Source: Octopus sinensis (lineage: Eukaryota). From it: a stretch of 64,000 nucleotides of DNA. Below, in pieces: positions 1 through 10,999 of this stretch. Positions within the stretch are counted from its first letter, which is position 1. Every line of letters starts with the position of its first letter. The notes beneath the pieces are model-generated. The model saw only the letters and a program-made list of their open reading frames with translations. It was not told where the DNA came from and did not search any database. Made by a program: the position numbers and the translations under genes. The stretch is taken from contig NC_043001.1 in NCBI RefSeq assembly GCF_006345805.1, positions 2,294,001-2,358,000 of the forward strand, read 5' to 3'.

Positions 1-332
1 TTACATATCATCCTGTTTTCAAAATATTCCTTTGAATTTTGCTGTTTAAAGCTGAATATTCCTTCTACCTGTCACATCCAGTTATAACCTTTTACGGTGA
101 AAAATAAAAGAAAGAAAGACACCCTTGCAACCATTTATTGAGTACTTATTAGTTTTTTTTCTCTTTACTGAATTCTTTAATATATCATGTGATAACGATG
201 TGAGGACTTATTTAATCAATGAAATATTTGTATTCTCTTTCCAGCGTGTAGATACATCTGTCGTTGCCTCGTTCCACCAAATGTGTTATGAAGCATTCCA
301 GCACTTGGCATATGAATGTGGCTACGTGTACA

Positions 333-337
<5 letters not shown>

Positions 338-370
<33 letters not shown>
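338..370. repeat. (CA)n microsatellite
   Basis: Direct dinucleotide run; explains the THTHTH/CVCVCV ORFs at 125-579. Confidence 0.95.
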
Positions 371-373
<3 letters not shown>

Positions 374-2519
374 TTGATATAAAATTAGATGATAATATAC
401 ACATGCATTCACAATATGTTCCAGTAGATTGCAACATGATAATGTTAGTTGCATTTTTTTGTATTTTGCATATGGAGAACTCCTTCTCCTTTGGACATTA
501 TCTGTTGATGATACAGTTCATTGAGACAAGGAGACTTTCAGACACTGGTATTTCGACTTTTTTGTGTCTCTTCAGTTAATGCCTCCCTGGATCAATGAAA
601 CTAAATAATAGTGCTGGCTCTTGTTTACAACATTTAGCAAACAAATCATTTGCTGATGCCTGTGAAAGTTCTAATTAACTATCATGTGTTTGTAGAACAG
701 TGAGAATCAGGATAGTTAGTTAGAGAGGTGGAGGTAGAGTAAGTAAGAAGTGGAGTAAATGAGTGTGAGAGAGGGGGAGTAAGAGTAGAGAAGAAAGAAA
801 TGAGGAAGAAGTAGAGAAAGATGTACAATAAGGATAAATGGGTAGTTGAAGGGAGAGTCAAAGAGCAAGAGAAAATGAAAGTGAGAGAAAAGAGGGAGAG
901 AGAAGTGTTAACGATGTGTTGTAGGATGAGGAAGAAAAGGTAAAGAAATATGTTTGGGATACAATATTTAGCAGAGGGTGATGTTCTGGTGGTAAGGTTA
1001 AAGAAAGGCAGATTATCAGAGATGTACACGTGAGGCAGATTTATTGAGAGACAGGAAAGTAGAAAGCATTCTTATTGTCAGAGTAAAGACACATCAACAA
1101 CAACAAGAAGTAGATATAAGCAAACAGCTGGACTAAACTGAAATGAGCTTTGTTACTGAAAACTATAGTGATGGTGGAGGTGGTGGTGGTGGTGGTGGTG
1201 GTGTGTTAATTGGAAAGGTATATTTATTTATTGAAAAAAAGCTATAATGTTATTCTTCTACCTGTTCATTCACACTTTACTCTTTAGTTTGTTATAGAGG
1301 AGGAGGAGGAGGAGGAGTGAGAAAGAGGAAGAAGAAATGTGAGATTGAGTGAAAGAGCTGATAGCCAGTCGATGCACTATGCTGTCACTCATATGGTTAG
1401 TGGAAGTGAGAGGTGAAGAGATAGAGAGAATTGTTTAAGACATGAGGATGGGAATTACTGGGTTAAAAAGTTTGCTGAAGAGGTAGAGAGAAAAAGAGAA
1501 ACATAACGTGCTTAGTAGAGGGAAATGTTTTAAGTCGTATAAAATATTATTGTGACTGGAAGTGAAATACTTAGCAAAATAAAACTAAAAATGCAAATCT
1601 TTCTTTCTTTCTTAAATAGTTTCTCTTAATCTTTTTCATTCTGTGGAATTTCCATGGGTCTCACAAGTTCATTCTTAATAGGCTCTCCCAGATTTGTTTA
1701 AGTTAAATGCTTCAGTGGTTTGGTTTTGGTTTTAGGAGAATTCTTCTTTCAGCTTTCAGGTGTTGTGTTCTGAAAACACACTCAACCCTTTGAAGTCAGA
1801 GGACTTTGAAAACAGTGTTTCACCATGTTTGTGTCATTCCTGTTTGATGACTTAGTTCTACAGAAACGTCCTTTCCCTTATAGGTTATCGACAAATATTC
1901 TAAAAATCTATGACCCCAATTCAATAAAACAAACTATTTGTATCTGAGTAAAAGACTGCTGTCATTTTTATCGTTTCTCTTCTAGCCGTCCAGTGGTTTA
2001 TTCCTATTCACCATAGTGAAATCAATGGAACTTGAAATATTCCGATAGCCACATTGATATGTGTGTGCCCTAATAGATGTCTTTATGATGCTATATTACT
2101 ATAATAAATATACTCTTTTATCACCATTATCATCATTTGAATCATTTAAATCATTTTATGTTCATTTTGCCAAGCTTTCATGAGCTGTCCACGTCTTGGC
2201 TTGTTTCCATTGAGCCAAATGACAGATCCTCAATGTGGTCTCTTATTGTGCTAAAAAGTGCAGTCAATTCCCCATAAACTCGCACTTTACCATCTGAAAA
2301 AAGAGACACATCAGTTAATGTAATCCAGAGTTTATTATGTTTGAGAAAATGGAATGGTCATGGCCGGAGTTCTTTAATCGTAAGTTACCTTGATCTAGGA
2401 TTAACATGGGATTAAACAACAACAACAATAATGCACTCATTGTTTACTTCTGTTAATCTCCAGATTTATCGATTTCCTAACAACAACCGAATTTTGTGGA
2501 AAATGGGATTGGTCTTTAG

Positions 2520-2892
2520 CAGCAGTTATCAACCAAGATCCATACGAGATTTTGGAGGATCCACACAAATACAATAGTAAATTAAGGATCTGCTGTAATA
2601 TTTTAAGGGTCCATGAAAAATTTTGCATGAGATGGATTGAGTGCAAGAAGCAGCTAGGTTTTTTTTTTCCTTTTTCTAAAGTTTTGCATCAACAAGTTTC
2701 CAACTACTGAAACCTGTTCTCTCAGAGAGTTCTATGGCAAACCTACACAAGGGAATGGGTGAAAATAAAAATAAGAATTTTGAAAGGAGCATCTATAAAA
2801 CTAATTTTTAAACATTGAATGCCTATGGAGGCCTACCAGAATGAAATATAATCAAAGGGGTCCATAGGTAAGAAAATGGTTGAGAACTACTG
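2520..2892. mobile_element. hAT-type MITE
   Basis: Ends CAGCAGTTATCAACC ... GGTTGAGAACTACTG resemble CAGTGGTTCTCAACC-type hAT TIRs; a related copy lies at 22181-22418 with a similar 3' end (ATCAAAGGGGT(T)CCAT...GGTTGAGAAC). 8-bp TSD not convincing. Confidence 0.6.
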
Positions 2893-3599
2893 ACCTATGG
2901 GAAGGGGTTCTGCCCATGGCCTTCACAGATCCTCTCATACTGGTCAGATGGATGTGGTTAACAATTATTGGTGATGGCTTCAGGTTTAGGGAAGGAGTTA
3001 TTTACAGATAGATAAATGTGTTTAGTATTGAATATCTAGAAAACACAGAATGACAAAGAAAGAAGCAAGACCATCATTTGCAAGCAGATACACGCGAATC
3101 ATCGAGTGTTTTAAGTGTGTCTATAATCATGAGATGACATGGACATCCTCTCAGCCTTTCCATCCAGGACACAGACAAAAAGAAAGATGTGACAGCTGGG
3201 AGAAGAGAGAGAGGGAGAGAGAGAAAGAGTGTGTGTGTGAGAGAGAGTGTGTGAGAGAGAGAGAGAGAGAGAGAGAACCAGACAGACAGACAAAAAGAGA
3301 GAGTTGCATGAGGCAAATAGCTGGTATTCCTTTACATCTGAGTAGATTAAAATAGCATGAAATGAAATGCCTTGTTTAAAGCTGTGTCATCTTAGCTGAT
3401 CCAGGAATAGAAACCCATGACCGTGTGATCCTGAGCCAACGCCTTAACCACCGGGTCATGTGCTTTTATCACTAAGTATTTCAGTCATAGAAAGAACCTT
3501 TTGATTGGAAATTTTAGACTTTTCATTCTATGCATTCATAGCCTCATACTTTTTGGAGCTAAAATTGTTTGTTGTTTACATAATTACTTGTCAATTACA

Positions 3600-4028
3600 T
3601 GACACCTGTCGTGGCCAATGCTGGTGGCACATAAAAAGCACCTTTTGAGCATTGGGCCTTATGAAGGCCATGTGGCTGATGCTGGTGGCATGTAAAAAGT
3701 TCTTTGCAAGCATTGGGCCCCATGGAGGCAAGGATAAATGAATGAGAACATCAGCAATATGTTGTGCTTGAGAAGAAGACCCATCAAGCCAAGTGAAAAT
3801 GTAGTCATGGCATGTACTGGTGTCACACAACTGGTGCTTGTGCCAGTGGCACACAAAAGCACCCAGCATCCTCTGTAAAGTGGATGGCATTAGGAAGGGC
3901 ATCTGGCCATAGAAACCATGCCAAATCAATCTGGAGTCTGGTGCAGTCCCTCAGCTTACCAGCTCCTGTCAAACTGTCCAACCCATGCCAGCATGGACAA
4001 CAGGTGTTAAATGATGACGATGATGATA
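3600..4028 (+). mobile_element. SINE-like retroposon, family C, (GAT)n tail
   Basis: Shares GGTGGCACATAAAAAGCACC, GGCATTAGGAAGGGCATC and CCAACCCATGC(C/T)AGCATGG blocks plus a (GAT)n tail with copies at 7051, 9835, 11628, 41302, 44475, 51175 and 58290. Confidence 0.85.
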
Positions 4029-4859
4029 ATCTCCTCGCAAAACTCTGTATTACATAACCATCAAAATGACCCATCATAAAACTATGACCCTAGACATTAA
4101 ATTCACTCATTTTCACTCGTTCTGTTCCATGCTAGAGACTGTGTTTATCACAGATGTTTGCAAAGTATATTTTGAAAATACTTTATGTTGTGCTGGTGTC
4201 ATAAAACGAACTCATAGCCTGTCAGTCATTAGACAACTCCTCTGCTACCTCAGCCATCTGCTGTTACCGTTTCCCTAATATCATAGCATTTACTTCTGAA
4301 GAATAAACCTCAGAATTTTAACTGAAAGATTAAGTTTATCATGAAGAGGACAAAAGAGTTGAGATAAAAGTTTGAGATAACAAAGGAACAGCTGTTTCGA
4401 TCGACAGTCATTCTAGATAATATCAGAAATGAATGTGGCAAGATAAATATTTTTAAAATATGCCATGGAAACCTGTGTGATAAATACAGTTACTAGCATT
4501 GAATAAGAATGTGTGAAGATAATTGAATTTGATGAATGTGACCATAGCTATATGGCGGATCATTTTAATAGTTATGTAATGTAGAGTTCTGCAAGGAGAT
4601 TGTGCAAATATCTAAATGTTTTAGCTGTAAAAAAATAAATAAAAATGGCACTATGATTGCGTGAATGAGAACTGCCAAACTTACTGTGAAAAGACTCTTT
4701 AAAGATCATAACATGATGATGTCTAAGTAATTTTGAGTCAAATATGAGTTCTTTCTTTGAAGCAGAATTCATCAAGAGTCTTTTACTAAAGAAAAAAACA
4801 AACAAAAAATACAAAATAAGGAATTGTAGCAAAAGATATTTTAACTTAGTGTGACTAGC

Positions 4860-5170
4860 TGCAGGCATGGCTGTGTGGTAAGTAGCTTGCTTACCAACCA
4901 CATAGTTCCAGGTTTAGTCCCACTATAGCCTCAGGCTGACCAAAGCCTTGTGAGTGAATTTGGAAGACGGAAACTGGAAGAAGCCTGTCACATATATGTG
5001 TGTGTGGATATGCTTTTGTGCCTGTGTTTGTCCCCCACCTTCACTTGACAATGGATGTTGGTGTGTTTATGCCCCTGTAACTTAGCGGTTCAGCAAAAGA
5101 GACCGATAGAATAAGTACTAGGCTTACAGAGATTAACTCTTGGGAGTCAAATGACTGAAACAAATAAAAG
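4860..5170 (+). mobile_element. tRNA-derived SINE, family A
   Basis: Head GCAGGCATGGCTGTGTGGTAAG (A-box-like), GGTT(C/T)AGTCCC (B-box-like), then the TTAGCGGTTCAGCAAAAGAGACCGATAGAATAAGTAC body seen in more than 10 copies in the window. Confidence 0.85.
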
Positions 5171-5175
5171 AATCT

Positions 5176-5388
5176 TTTCTACACTAGGCACAAGGGATGA
5201 AATTTTGGGGGAGGGGGGCAGTCAATTAGATCAACCCCAGTACACAACTAGTACTAAATTTATCAACCCCGAAAAGATGAAAGGCAAAGTCGACCTCAGT
5301 GGAATTTGAACTCAGAACATAAAGCAAGATGAAATACCACTAAGCATTTCATCCGGTGTGCTAACATTTCTGCCAGCTTGCCACCTTA
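5176..5388 (-). mobile_element. tRNA-derived SINE, family B
   Basis: Reverse complement of the GGCGAGCTGGCAGAA...GAGTTCAAATTCC...GGTCGACTTTGCCTTTCATC consensus found in many copies. Confidence 0.85.
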
Positions 5389-5611
5389 AAAGAATGAAAG
5401 AATAAAAGAATAAAGCAGGTGCTCACTCTGTTTTTTTATATTCCTTGCACACTTATCCATTCCAGTCAGAGGAATTTTTGACTGATCATTGAACTTAATG
5501 CAAACTTTTTCAGATCTTGTGGCATAGCATTAAATTTCTACCCTTGAGACTAATACAATGTTGTGAGTGAAATCTGGTGGACAAAAATTGTGCAAAAAAT
5601 TGTCATAGACA

Positions 5612-5643
<32 letters not shown>

Positions 5644-5644
<1 letters not shown>

Positions 5645-5830
5645 AGTAGCAAGCTGGCAGAATCATTAGCATGCCAGGTAAAATGCCTAGAGGCAGTTCG
5701 TCCGTTTTTATGTTCTGAGTTCAAATCCGCCAAGGTGGACTTTGCTTTACATCCTTTTGGAGTTGATAAAATACTAGTCCCCTCCCACCCAAATTTTAGG
5801 CCCTGTACCTTTAATAGAAAGGATTATCAT
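5644..5830 (+). mobile_element. tRNA-derived SINE, family B
   Basis: AGCTGGCAGAATCATTAGC head, TTCTGAGTTCAAATCC B box, family-B body and tail. Confidence 0.8.
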
Positions 5831-5844
5831 TATTGCTATTATTG

Positions 5845-6331
5845 ATTTGCATTTTATTTCATCTTCCACTTGGGTCTAACCCACAGACCTAAGGCACATA
5901 TATATTAGATAGAGAGAAGCTTCCTGAGAATGTGGCTGGTTGATATCAACACAATTCTTAGTTGGTTTCCTAGGAATCTGGTCAAATATTTATCAGTGCC
6001 ATTCTTGATTATTCCCAGGTCGCCCACAACAACAGGGATGGTTTTGGTTTTTAATTGCCACATCTTAGATATCTCAATCTCAAGGTCCTTACATTCCAAC
6101 AGTTTTTCAAATTCCTTCGCTGAGATGTCGTATCAATTAACCAGCATGTTTTTGTCTTAGATCTTTTATGACAATGTCTGATCTGTTATCATTTATTTGC
6201 CTATCTGTATGTATCTCATAATCCCATAGAATTGTAACATTCTCTCCCTCTGTGACCGACTCTGGATGGTGTTCATACCTGTTCTTAGGCTCTGGGATAT
6301 TATAATGATGGCCTACGCTCTAGTGCAAGTA
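5845..6331 (-). mobile_element. 5'-truncated RLE-type non-LTR retrotransposon (R4/Dong-like), decayed
   Basis: Minus-strand translation YLH*SVGHHYNIPEPKNRYEHHPESVTEGENVTILWDYEIHTDR...DIVIKD and KDLEIEISKMWQLKTKTIPVVVGDLGII; homologous to the better copy at 14190-14673. Confidence 0.8.
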
Positions 6332-6485
6332 TTATTATTATCATCATCATCATCATCATCATCATTTTCCATAGGCTTAATGATACTAATAACCTGGTGT
6401 TAGAACTGAGTTTGTCATTTCAATTTCTTATTACTGCTCTGCATGTGACAGATATTTTGCTCTGAAGCATATGTATATATGTAGG

Positions 6486-6519
<34 letters not shown>

Positions 6520-7050
6520 TGTATGTATGTATGTATGTATGTATGTATGTATGTATGTATGTATGTTATATACTTATGTATATATATATGTATAAATGTA
6601 TCTATCTATCTATATGTGTGATGTGTGTGAGTGTGCATATATATATGTGTGTGTGTGTATATAAGCTTGGACAACTACTGTGCTGATGACTCCTATAGAG
6701 GTAGAAACATAAGTGGACATCTGTCAAGTTGTCTCCAGAAAAGCAAAAACTTTTTTCCCCTTAATGACATGTCAGTTTTAGACAAATTCTTTAAACTTCA
6801 TCTTGTCACTTCTGCTCAATTGGAGGTGGTACTAAGTGCCACCAAGTGATTGTCCCACCTTTTCTGGAAGTAGAGATAACTGCACAAATCATGAATTTAA
6901 GGTGCACACTATTTAATATATCCACATTTGACTTTTTTGTCCATTTGTATACCTACATACACACACACACGCACACACACACACACACACACATATGCAT
7001 ACACATAAATATATATATATATGAATATACATATACATACATGCATACAT
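6295..7050 (+). repeat. Left arm of a long inverted duplication
   Basis: Near-identical reverse complement of 7168-7914; ORFs 6471-6686/6631-6849 recur almost verbatim as 7538-7741/7375-7593 on the minus strand. Confidence 0.97.
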
Positions 7051-7167
7051 AAAAAGCACCCACTACACTCACGGAGTGGTTGGCGTTAGGAAGGGCATCC
7101 AGCTGTAGAAACAACCCATGCTAGCTTGGAAAACGGACGCTAAGTGATGATGATGATGATGATGATA
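7051..7167 (+). mobile_element. 3' fragment of SINE family C forming the spacer of the inverted duplication
   Basis: AAAAAGCACCCACTACACTCACGGAGTGGTTGGCGTTAGGAAGGGCATCCAG ... (GAT)n. Confidence 0.85.
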
Positions 7168-7692
7168 ATGTATGCATGTATGTATATGTATATTCATATA
7201 TATATATGCATATATATTTTTATGTGTATACATATGTGTGTGTGTGTGTGTGCGTGTGTGTGTGTATGTAGGTATACAAATGGACAAAAAAGTCAAATAT
7301 GGATATATTAAATAGCGTGCACCTTAAATTCCTGATTTGTGCAGTTATCTCTACTTCCAGAAGAGGTGGGACAATCACTTGGTGGCACTTAGTACCACCT
7401 CCAATTGAGCAGAAGTGACAAGATGAAGTTTAAAGAATTTGTCTAAAACTGACATGTCATTAAGGGGAAAAAAGTGTTTGCTTTTCTGGAGACAACTTGA
7501 CAGATGTCCACTTATGTTTCTACCTCTATAGGAGTCATCAGCACAGTAGTTGTCCAAGCTTATATACACACACACACATATATATATGCACACTCACACA
7601 CATCACACATATAGATAGATAGATACATTTATACATATATATATACATAAGTATATAACATACATACATACATACATACATACATACATACA

Positions 7693-7726
<34 letters not shown>

Positions 7727-7914
7727 CCTACATATATACATATGCTTCAGAGCAAAATATCTGTCACATGCAGAGCAGTAATAAGAAATTGAAATGACAA
7801 ACTCAGTTCTAACACCAGGTTATTAGTATCATTAAGCCTATGGAAAATGATGATGATGATGATGATGATAATAATAATACTTGCACTAGAGCGTAGGCCA
7901 TCATTATAATATCC
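7168..7914 (-). repeat. Right arm of a long inverted duplication
   Basis: Reverse complement of 6295-7050 with a few substitutions and microsatellite length changes. Confidence 0.97.
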
Positions 7915-9487
7915 ATCATTATAATATATATATAAAACTGAGAATGTGTGTCTGTCTGTCTCTCTGTGTGTTTCCCTAAAACTTGAGAACTACACAACCA
8001 ATTTCATTCAAATTTTACACATGCCTTACTTAGGGTCCATGTAGTTTTATGGGTAAAACAAAATGTTCAACTTCTTGCCTAGGGCGAGCCCATAGCAATA
8101 TCATATCTTCTCCACTATTTCAGTATTACGTGTTAAAAGTGAAACAAAAACATTTCTCTATTTTATGTCAGATACTTTCACTTTAACAACAAAAATTAGA
8201 GATAATAATAACAATTGAATTATATGTAGTTAATAATAATTAAAATCAAACTAAAGTATAATATAATCGTAACATAACAAAAGTAAAAATAGCAATTGGT
8301 ATAATGACTTGAACTTGAATAAATGGTTTCACATGAATGGGAATAAATTAAAAATAAAATTAGTGTGCAGAAATGGAATACACCAGATGGAGCTGTGCAC
8401 ATACCTTTTACCACAGCTTTTACATTAGATTATCTGCTAATTAGCTAGCATTAAATATCTATATGAAGTTTGGCTGTATGTAATGTCTGTTTTCTTGAAC
8501 AGCCACTTCTACAGAGTACTGCTGTTGGTTTATTTCTTATATATAAAGGGCTATAGCTTCAACTGCGTACTGCTTTTTGATTCACCAGAAGGTTTGTTGT
8601 TATTATTATTACTGTTTAACTATTGTTATCGCATTAGTTGGTTCCTCGTAAGGGAAACGTTGTTGTGTTGCATTTGTTAAATAATTGTAAACTGTAACCA
8701 CACCGCCCTTTGGGAGAAAGAGCTTTGGTTATTGTTTAAAACTTGAATTGTGTCCCTGTTTGGGGAAATTGACAATATTTTCACTGTCTTTACGGAAGCA
8801 TTTTTGTTAAAATGCCTTCGATAGAAGAAAGTCCAAAAATGAATTTTGCTGCAGCCGTTGGTGGGTGGCGAACTCATTAAAATTAAACAACGACAAAGAC
8901 GGTGAATCTAGGATAATACCACCAAACGAAATAAAAACTTAAATTAAAGAAAAGACTATTGTCTATAAAGTATACAATGTAGAGAAAAATAAGATTTGAA
9001 CACCTGGAGGAAAGCACAATCGAAAAGTGTCTTGGTGCAACTATGAAAGATATCTAACCAGGGGCGGTAAATTTGCTATAATAGAAGCAAGGTTCGAGTC
9101 AACGGAGCATGCAAGGGAGTACTCGACTCGAACCTTGCAAAGTAAAAAAATTTTATTTTTACCTTTATATCTGGGACGTAGGACGTCCCAGATAAAAATT
9201 AAAAATGTCCCCCAGAAGTAGAGGTAGGCTGGATTGTAGCCACACTTCTATACAAGAGGGAGGACAAGATACTATTGATCAAAATTGCAAGAGACGGGCC
9301 TACAATTCCAGTGTGTTATATATTTTGAGTATTGTTTTCACTAGCGATATCAAGATATAACTTTGTATTTTGTATTTTATGTGTAGATGTATATATATAT
9401 ATATATATATATAGATGTACATGTAATATGTACACATATATACATGCACTAGCACTATGACCCGGCAATGAAGGGTCATAATGCTAG
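7912..9487 (+). mobile_element. Non-autonomous Helitron-like element (boundaries inferred)
   Basis: 5' region TC...TATATATAAAACTGAGAATGTGTGTCTGTCTGTC...GAGAACTACACAACCAATTTC resembles small Helitron 5' ends. The 3' end has a hairpin ACTAGCAC-TATGACCC...GGGTCATA-ATGCTAGT (9448-9488) ending in CTAG|T. That both ends belong to one element is inferred. Confidence 0.5.
8946..9221 (+). pseudogene. Fragment resembling the ORF1 N-terminus of an L1/Tx1-like LINE
   Basis: KTIVYKVYNVEKNKI / IEKCLGATMKDI / YLTRGGKFAIIEARFESTEHAREYSTRTLQSKKILFLPLYLGRRTSQIKIKNVP across frameshifts. Assignment is from resemblance only. Confidence 0.35.
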
Positions 9488-9559
9488 TATATTATATATA
9501 CACATGAATGATATGAAGTCACATGAAAATTCTAATAGCCAGATAGGTAATCATCTTGG

Positions 9560-9830
9560 ACACCAACCATCTCTTACACCTTGTGTCATACGTCACAAAC
9601 ATTGTAAGACTTAAAAGACATATGTTAGTTCACAACAAACATTCCTTCAGAATCAGATTCCAAAGGGCAAAGATATAGGAGAAACTTGAATAATATCTGT
9701 CACTTGTGTTTGAAACCCTGTCTGTCAGCAGCTGGTCTTAAAAGTCATCTAAGGGCTCATCAACAGAATGGTTGTGTGATGGGGGGCGATGTGTGTGTTG
9801 ATGGGACAGCTATCATCCATCAAGATGAAG
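9560..9830 (+). mobile_element. 3' fragment of an RTE-like LINE
   Basis: CHLCLKPCLSAAGLKSHLRAH (9698-9760) matches the C2H2-like C-terminus typical of RTE ORF2. Confidence 0.65.
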
Positions 9831-9834
9831 AAAT

Positions 9835-10060
9835 CATCATATTTCATCATCTTCATCATTATCATGACCTTCATTTAGCATCTATTTTCAATGCTGGAAA
9901 TGGTTGGACAGTTTGACCAAAGCTAGTCAGGCCAGGGGCCAGATCAGGCTTCACTGTCTGTTCTCTGGCAGGGTTTCTATGGCTGTATGCCCTTCCCAAT
10001 GCCAACCACTCCACAAAGTGTACTGGGTGCTTTTCATGTGGCACCAGCACCAGTATCAAT
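9835..10060 (-). mobile_element. SINE family C
   Basis: Reverse complement of the family-C 3' half, with (CAT)n at its left end. Confidence 0.75.
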
Positions 10061-10999
10061 TCTGCTGTGACGGGTCTTCTTAGCTTCAGCAGTGCACCAA
10101 GTACCTTTGCCCTTACTCCTCTACAATTGCAAGTCTCCATATTTTGAGATCAGACTTCAGTACTTTGTCCTATGTCTTCCTGGGCCTTCATCTTCCACAA
10201 GTTCCATCTACTTTAAGTGATTGGCACTTCTGTATGCATCACATGACGAAAACAGTGCAATCTTCTCTCTTGCGCATTGCATCTAATTCCTCTTCTACCC
10301 AACTTTACCCCCCCCCCAATACACTAGTGCTCTGCTGCACATATACACTGATATTGTACATCCAGTGAGGTATACTAGCTTTATTCCTCTCTAGCCTTCA
10401 TATGCCATCTGCATACAGGGCCCACCTCTCACTACCATGTAATGTTGTTGTTTGTATACATGCATCATTCAGCCGTCCTTTCTCCCAGAGAGAGAGATAG
10501 AGTGAGAGAGTGAAAGAAAGAAAGATCTTTGGTTGCCAACTCTCAATTTTCTCCATCCTATTTCTTTTTCTAGTGAATGCACTTTCTGTGCATCCTCCTC
10601 ACAGCCATTTAGGTCCCCGAAGTAGCAGAAATTGTCCACTACCTCTAATGAGCCACTGGGACATTTGACAAAATAAGGAAATCGATTTTCTAATATATAT
10701 ATATATATTTATATATATAATTTCAATAAAATTTAGATTCAGTTGAATATGGTGCTTAAGTTAAAGGCACCAGAATTTGGTATGGTATTATCCATGTAAT
10801 TCAAAATGGGGTGATTATAATCAAAATAAGCAACAAAGATATCCAGAGGTAAAGCAGTACGATCGTTTCATGCGACTCCATTTAATTGAACAATGCAAAT
10901 ATTACATCAATTTAAAATGTAGAGCAATCTTCAGCTGCATAAAAATATAGAATTTAGTTAAATTCGAAGGATTCATTTGTATAGTTTTTCTATTAACCA

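Noticed and set aside
245-330. Exon RVDTSVVASFHQMCYEAFQHLAYECG after a good acceptor
   Set aside because: No good donor or recognisable protein; the opposite strand could be a mariner C-terminal remnant (LVER..RCI..YFID*).
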